Assembly: GCA_031414535.1 (NCBI GenBank)
Contig: JANNVQ010000030.1
Coordinates: forward strand, 64,001 to 128,000
DNA: 64,000 nucleotides
Origin: Gemmatimonas sp.
Lineage (GTDB): Bacteria > Gemmatimonadota > Gemmatimonadetes > Gemmatimonadales > Gemmatimonadaceae
Direction: 5' to 3'
Shown here: positions 58,049-64,000 of the stretch, one piece after another
Layout of the letters: each line of letters starts with the position of its first letter
Position numbering within the stretch: position 1 is the first letter of the stretch
The notes under the pieces: model-generated
The model's database searches: none
Seen by the model: the letters and a program-made list of their open reading frames with translations, nothing else
What the model was told of the DNA's origin: nothing
Program-made: the position numbers and the translations under genes

Positions 58049-59188
58049 TCAGTATGCTGGGAAGGAATTTGCCCAGGAATTCTCGTAGGCGCGAAGACCG
58101 CCGCCACTCATGCTCTGTAGCGACTTGGTGACGAGGCAGGAGTTGTAGAGGAACTTCTTGGTGCCTGAGAGTTCAGTCACCTCGTTCTGACCCACGTTGT
58201 AGCCGAGCTTGAGATTGAGGCCTGTAATCGAGGCGCCGCGGATCTGGTTACCGCCCGAGGACCTCAGACTACCACCCACCATGACGATTCCATCCCATCC
58301 ACCCGTGTTGCCTTTGAACCAGACCGAGCCGAAGACGATGAGGGTTCCGCGTCCAAAAACTTCGATGACGAATACCGTCTCCGGATCCGGCCCGTTGCGT
58401 ACGATGATGGTTGGATATCTGGTGGTGTCGGCGTCAAACCACGCCTGCGTTGGAAATCCAACGCCGGCCGCGGTCACGCTGAAGTCCGGCGTAATCAAAT
58501 TATCGTAAACGATGCCGCTCCAATTAATTGGGACGGCGGCGGCGGCGGCCGTTTCCGTGGCGCCGACGTAGGCGATTTTAGGGGTGCCTACCAAGGGCGT
58601 CGTAGAGCCAGAGTAACCCGGCACCAGTGGCACCGCGACGGCTGGCAAGGTCGCCTTGCCGCCACCGTCGGCAGCGCCACAATTATCAACGCCGGAGATT
58701 TCACCAGAAGAGCCAGACTTGTTGATGCCGTTAGCGCTCGTGAGCGAGGACTGCACCGTCAGGTTGATAGTGGAGAACGTCCCGAACCCCGTTGAGAACG
58801 CCACCGCGTTCCCGGCGTTGGCGCTACCCGTGCGAGTACGCACGCCCCGCGAACGGACGTAGTACAGTCCGGGAACGGTGGTACCCACCGGCGCCCGCAA
58901 CCGCGTGGTAATGACGTCCGCATATCCGCCCGCCAGCGTGATGCGACCTGAATCGCTCGTGGTGGGGAGCGAGCCCAGGCCCAATCCCGCGCGGTTCTGG
59001 AAGCCCTGTTGCAAACCCGTCTCGGCCAGCGCCTGCGCCGCCTGCTGCTGCAACACGGCATCGTCGGCCGCTCGCTCGCTGCGCACCATCGCGAAGCCAG
59101 ACGCCAATGCACCGACCAAGAGGAACATTGCGAGGATGACGACGGGGAGAGCGAACCCTCCGCGGGATTTTACGAGCCTGTTTGTCAT
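58049..59188 (-). CDS. PilX-like minor pilin
   Basis: 'RGG|FALPVVIL' (no Glu5, typical of PilX/GspK), 'ALAETGL'. Confidence 0.75.
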   Translation of the reverse strand: MTNRLVKSRGGFALPVVILAMFLLVGALASGFAMVRSERAADDAVLQQQAAQALAETGLQQGFQNRAGLGLGSLPTTSDSGRITLAGGYADVITTRLRAPVGTTVPGLYYVRSRGVRTRTGSANAGNAVAFSTGFGTFSTINLTVQSSLTSANGINKSGSSGEISGVDNCGAADGGGKATLPAVAVPLVPGYSGSTTPLVGTPKIAYVGATETAAAAAVPINWSGIVYDNLITPDFSVTAAGVGFPTQAWFDADTTRYPTIIVRNGPDPETVFVIEVFGRGTLIVFGSVWFKGNTGGWDGIVMVGGSLRSSGGNQIRGASITGLNLKLGYNVGQNEVTELSGTKKFLYNSCLVTKSLQSMSGGGLRAYENSWANSFPAY

Positions 59189-59190
59189 AA

Positions 59191-60000
59191 TCACTGCACC
59201 GCGTTGCGGAAGAAGATGGAGACGCGCTGGAGTGATTCCTCAGGCGCAGTTCTCCCAGGCGAAGTCCGCTCACTTTCGCCGTAAATCAAGATCTCTAGGC
59301 CGCGCATCGTATTGAGCGGCGAGGGCACCGTCGTGGACGAGGCCGTGCCCGTGGTGTAAAAGTTGAATCGCGAGGCTGTATCCAGGGGCACTGCCACTTC
59401 TTCGGCCGCCGCCGACCCCGCTTGGCGCCACAGCGCGCGGCGGCCCGGCACCAACGTGGAGGTCGCGAACTTGTATGTGACCGTCTGCCAGATGAAGAAC
59501 GGCGCCGAGGGTGCCAGCGCACCCATGGCCGGCACCACCGTGTAAATGGTCCCACCGGGAATCTTGGCAAGGCCCACGCCCGTGCAGAGCGCGTCGGCGC
59601 CGACCGACAACGCGGATGTGCCAGTGACGTAGGTGTACGCCGAGTTCGCTGTGGTGTCGCGCCATGCGTAGCCGCCATACTGTGCCGTGGCCAATGTCAG
59701 CGAGTCCGTAGGCACGAACATCGCCGAGCTTGCGGAACAGTAGAGACCCATAAGGTAGGGCAAGCGAATCGTGACTGAGTCGCGCGTGGCCGCAAGCACG
59801 CCCGCGGGTTCCGCCATACGCAACTCGGAGCGCGTCAGGTTGAGCGCGTTGCGCGATACCGATCGCGCGTCACGTGCCGCGCTGCCGCGCGCAAAAAAGC
59901 GTAGCTGCGAGCTCAGCATGCGCGTGATGCCAACGCCAACGATGCCGAGTAGCACGATGGCGAGGAGGACTTCGATGAGTGTGAGGCCGCGGCGTCGCAT
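59191..60000 (-). CDS. PilW-like minor pilin
   Basis: Prepilin motif 'RRRG|LTLIEVLL'; 'SELRMA'. Confidence 0.8.
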   Translation of the reverse strand: MRRRGLTLIEVLLAIVLLGIVGVGITRMLSSQLRFFARGSAARDARSVSRNALNLTRSELRMAEPAGVLAATRDSVTIRLPYLMGLYCSASSAMFVPTDSLTLATAQYGGYAWRDTTANSAYTYVTGTSALSVGADALCTGVGLAKIPGGTIYTVVPAMGALAPSAPFFIWQTVTYKFATSTLVPGRRALWRQAGSAAAEEVAVPLDTASRFNFYTTGTASSTTVPSPLNTMRGLEILIYGESERTSPGRTAPEESLQRVSIFFRNAVQ

Positions 60001-60392
60001 CAGGTAAACGGAGGGGTGGTGTTGGACGTCACGCGATCTATCCACACGGTGTCGGGCTTGATAGCTGTGTTGGTGGGTACGATGATGATCCGCACGCGCG
60101 TCACGCTGCCGCTAACGGCCGTGGTACTGACGCAACGCTGGTGCGAGAACTGGGGCCAAGTTGTAATCGTCGTGCAGCCCACGGTGCCGGCGATACTGGC
60201 CCGCGGCATGGCGGAATACATGTCAATGGATTGCGTGAGGGCCGCCGCGCGCGATGAGCCTACCGCCGCCAAGCGCTGCCGTACGCCGTAGCGCAGGCTG
60301 GCCACCGTGTGCACCGTGGCAATCATGCCAAAGAGCACCAGCGCCACCATCACTTCAATGAGCGAAACGCCGTTGCGAAGCTTCATGGTCAC
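60000..60392 (-). CDS. PilV-like minor pilin
   Basis: Prepilin motif 'RNG|VSLIEVMVAL'. Confidence 0.78.
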   Translation of the reverse strand: MTMKLRNGVSLIEVMVALVLFGMIATVHTVASLRYGVRQRLAAVGSSRAAALTQSIDMYSAMPRASIAGTVGCTTITTWPQFSHQRCVSTTAVSGSVTRVRIIIVPTNTAIKPDTVWIDRVTSNTTPPFT

Positions 60393-60847
60393 TGCCTCCG
60401 GATGATGCCTGCGGTGCTACGCGTCACAGTTTTTGTGACGCCACCCCCGGTCACCGTCACCGTCAGTGCTGCGTTCGCACGCCCAGTTGGGAAAATCGTG
60501 ATGCCCGCGCTGGGATTGAGCGAAAGCGTCGCCCCGACATCGCTCGCCGCGTCGAACAGCCGCGACTTCACTGCGACGCCGCTCGACCTGAGGTTGATGC
60601 GGAAGGCCGAAGATGCAAAGGTCACCGTCACCGGCACGCCCTGCCGGCGGGAAATCTGCCCCGCCTCGTCGAGCATGCCTTGGACGATGAACGCCGCCCG
60701 GTTCACCCGGTCGCGGCTGATGCTCCGTCCGACTTTGGGCAACGCGGTCGCCAACAATACGCCAATGATCACGATCACGAGGAGCAACTCGATGAGCGTG
60801 AACCCACGTCGCCTCGCGACCACATTGTCGGCACGAATCGCTACCAC
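60389..60847 (-). CDS. FimT/FimU-like minor pilin
   Basis: Prepilin motif 'RRRG|FTLIELLLVIVIIG'; 'ITIFPTG'. Confidence 0.82.
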   Translation of the reverse strand: MVAIRADNVVARRRGFTLIELLLVIVIIGVLLATALPKVGRSISRDRVNRAAFIVQGMLDEAGQISRRQGVPVTVTFASSAFRINLRSSGVAVKSRLFDAASDVGATLSLNPSAGITIFPTGRANAALTVTVTGGGVTKTVTRSTAGIIRRQ

Positions 60848-60919
60848 TGCATACTCCTGGATGGTCTTGAGATACAGACGACCGGCGCCAGTCGCCAGTC
60901 ATACATCACAGTGTGATGC

Positions 60920-61948
60920 TCAGTCGGCCAGAGCGCCAGTCTCCAGAAGGTGACGCGCCTCACCAAGCACCCGCTCCTCCACCTCACTCGCCCCCCCAGC
61001 CAGAAGGGCGCCGGAGGCCCGGGCGTGCCCGCCGCCGCCAAAGGACCGAGCCAAGGTGTTCACGTTCACCCCCGCCACGCTACGGAAGGACACCTTCACC
61101 TTGCCGTGACCTAGGTCGCGAAACATCACCGCCAGGCGGACTCCCGCGATGCTGCGCGGATACTCGGATATGCCGTCGAGGTCCTCGGATGAGACCTGGT
61201 GCTTCTCGAGCGCGCCTGCGGCAATGCGAACCCAAGCCATGCCGTGCGACATGTCCGTCTGGAGGGTCTCCAGCGCATCGCGCAGCAAGTGCAGGCGTCC
61301 CAGCGGGACGCTTCCATAAATACGCTGATACATCTGCTCCGGGTCCACACCCGCCGTGAGCAGGTCGGCCGCGACCGCCAGGCAGCGGGGCGAGGTGTTG
61401 CCGAACCGGAAGCCGCCCGTGTCCGTCACCAGCGAGGTATACAGCGACTTGGCGATGGCCGTCGTGATAGAAAGACCGCGCTCCTTGGCAAAGTCGTACA
61501 CGAGCTCGGCGGTCGCGCAGGCTGCCGTGTCACTGAGCATCGTCTTGCCCGGCGGCTCGTTGCCTGGGAGGTGATGATCAATCACAAGGGCGTCCTGCGG
61601 CATCGAGCGCACCGCCTCGGCCAAGTTGCCAAGGCGGCCGAGGTCAGAAATGTCGAGCACGATGACGCGGTCCGTCTTCTTGAGGGCCGTGGCGCCTTCC
61701 GCCGAACGGTCCTCCACGTCATCGCCAAGCAACCAGCGAAACAACTCCGGCCACGGCGTGGGATTCACAATGATCGCGCGGATACCCATCTGGCCCAAGA
61801 GCCGCGCGAAGGCCGTCTGCGATCCGCAGCCATCGCCGTCGGCATTGATGTGCGTCGAGAGTGCAACGGTCATCCCCGGCCGCAGCTCCGCCGCAAGGCG
61901 GGCGATGGCCTCTCGGCGTGCGGCGGGGACAATCAACAGATCGGTCAT
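60920..61948 (-). CDS. DHH-family phosphoesterase (NrnA-like)
   Basis: 'HINADGD', 'VIDHH', 'TDTGGF', 'KVSFRS', 'GGGGHARASG'. Confidence 0.92.
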   Translation of the reverse strand: MTDLLIVPAARREAIARLAAELRPGMTVALSTHINADGDGCGSQTAFARLLGQMGIRAIIVNPTPWPELFRWLLGDDVEDRSAEGATALKKTDRVIVLDISDLGRLGNLAEAVRSMPQDALVIDHHLPGNEPPGKTMLSDTAACATAELVYDFAKERGLSITTAIAKSLYTSLVTDTGGFRFGNTSPRCLAVAADLLTAGVDPEQMYQRIYGSVPLGRLHLLRDALETLQTDMSHGMAWVRIAAGALEKHQVSSEDLDGISEYPRSIAGVRLAVMFRDLGHGKVKVSFRSVAGVNVNTLARSFGGGGHARASGALLAGGASEVEERVLGEARHLLETGALAD

Positions 61949-63411
61949 GCGTCCTTAAGCTTGGAGTGCGTGCGGCCGTAGGCGAAGTAAATCACGAGGC
62001 CAATGCCCATCCAGATGGCCAGGCGATACCAGGTGTCCTTCGGCAGCGAGTACATGAGGTAACCACAGACCACGAGACCGCCAATCGGCACGAACGGCAC
62101 GAGCGGCGTGCGGAACGGACGCTTGAGCTCAGGACGCTTGTAGCGCAGCACCAAGATGCCCGCGCAGACGATCATGAAGGCGAACAGGGTGCCGATGGAC
62201 ACCAGGTGCCCAAGAATGCCAATCGGAAAGAGGCCGGCGAAGAACGCAGCGAACGCGCCGGTGATAATCGTCGCGAGCCAGGGCGTCTTGAACTTGGGAT
62301 GCACCTTGCCAAAAATGGGCGGCAGCAAGCCATCGCGGGACATCGCGTAGAAGATGCGCGGCTGGCCCATGAGCATCACGAGCACCACCGAGGCAAGCCC
62401 CGCGATGGCACCGATGTTCGTGAGATACTTGAGCCAGGCCAGCGAAGGACCGGCCGCGTCGAGCGCCACATAGACGGGTTCCGCCACATCGAGTTGCGGG
62501 TAGGGCACCATACCGGTCATCACGAGCGCCATCAGGATGTAGAGCACGGTGCACACGGCGAGCGACGCGAGAATGCCAATGGGCAGATCGCGCTGCGGAT
62601 TCTTCGCTTCTTGCGCCGCCGTCGAGACCGCATCAAATCCGATGTAGGCAAAGAAGATCACGCCCGCACCGGCGAAGATGCCGCTCCATCCAAACTTTCC
62701 GTCGAGCAGGTTGCCCGCGTCGTCGGTGAGTTGCTGCGGAATGAAGGGGCTCCAGTTGGCCGCATCCACGTAGAAGAAGCCAAAGCCAATCACGAGCAGC
62801 ACGATGCCAACCTTCACAAACACGATGGCGTTGTTGAGCTTGGCTGATTCCCTGATGCCCACCACCAGCAGCACGGTCATCGCAATCACCAGCAGCACGG
62901 CGGGCAAGTTCACGATCGCGCCAGTGCGTACGATGGTGTGCGTGCCTTCGAGCGTGAACGGCGCCGTGGTCAAGGACGTCGGCAAGTTCAAGCCGAGGTC
63001 GCGCAAGAACTGCGTGAAGTAGCCAGACCAGCCCACCGCCACGGTGGACGCCGCGAACAGGTATTCGAGGATGAGGTCCCAGCCGATAATCCAGGCGAGG
63101 AGCTCACCGAGCGTCGCGTAGCCATAGGTGTACGCAGAGCCGGCAATCGGAATCATCGACGCGAACTCCGCATAGCAGAGCCCCGCGAACGCGCAGCCGA
63201 GTCCGGCAATGAGGAACGAGATGACAATGGCGGGGCCCGCGTGCTGTGCGGCCGCCGTACCCGTCAACACGAAGATGCCCGCGCCGATGATGGCACCGAT
63301 ACCCAGCAACGTGAGGTTCGTCGCCGTGAGCGAGCGCTTGAGCGTGTTCTCGCCCTCCCCGCTCGCTTCCTGCATCAGGATTGAGAGGGGTTTGGTGGTC
63401 CATAGTCCCAT
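61945..63411 (-). CDS. APC-family (CAT-like) amino acid permease
   Basis: 'GIGAIIGAGIFVLTG', 'CYAEFASMIPIAGSAYTY', 'FFAYIGFDAVST'. Confidence 0.93.
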   Translation of the reverse strand: MGLWTTKPLSILMQEASGEGENTLKRSLTATNLTLLGIGAIIGAGIFVLTGTAAAQHAGPAIVISFLIAGLGCAFAGLCYAEFASMIPIAGSAYTYGYATLGELLAWIIGWDLILEYLFAASTVAVGWSGYFTQFLRDLGLNLPTSLTTAPFTLEGTHTIVRTGAIVNLPAVLLVIAMTVLLVVGIRESAKLNNAIVFVKVGIVLLVIGFGFFYVDAANWSPFIPQQLTDDAGNLLDGKFGWSGIFAGAGVIFFAYIGFDAVSTAAQEAKNPQRDLPIGILASLAVCTVLYILMALVMTGMVPYPQLDVAEPVYVALDAAGPSLAWLKYLTNIGAIAGLASVVLVMLMGQPRIFYAMSRDGLLPPIFGKVHPKFKTPWLATIITGAFAAFFAGLFPIGILGHLVSIGTLFAFMIVCAGILVLRYKRPELKRPFRTPLVPFVPIGGLVVCGYLMYSLPKDTWYRLAIWMGIGLVIYFAYGRTHSKLKDA

Positions 63412-63413
63412 GG

Positions 63414-64000
<587 letters not shown>

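Overview
GC-rich bacterial chromosomal segment with about 60 densely packed CDS. Gene content and protein style (ADOP permease, futalosine-type menaquinone genes, pilin motif 'MKADLRN..TAQE', many AxA-Q signal peptides) suggest Gemmatimonadota; this is an inference. No rRNA, tRNA, CRISPR array, integrase or transposase was recognised. Housekeeping genes include argG, a Cys/Met PLP lyase, purD, mutM, a short UvrC-like nuclease, ubiX/ubiA/ubiD/ubiE-type menaquinone genes, an ECF sigma/anti-sigma pair, mrp, a minor type IV pilin cluster, a DHH phosphoesterase and partial guaB. The standout region is 12995-26241: two divergent operons in which all eight proteins carry export signals. They encode two caspase-family (C14) proteases with intact His-Cys dyads (one with a DUF4384-like tail, one with six PPC domains), a catalytically dead lipoprotein pseudo-caspase, an M48-TPR metalloprotease, a possible beta-barrel protein, a small Cys-paired protein and two PPC-only proteins. 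[TS]-R-G motifs recur in their linkers. I propose this is an extracytoplasmic caspase proteolytic cascade. Further PPC paralogues lie at 29211 and 48505. Two intergenic inverted-repeat elements, several hairpins and a leaderless-promoter signature were also seen. All annotations come from motif recognition by eye, not database searches.
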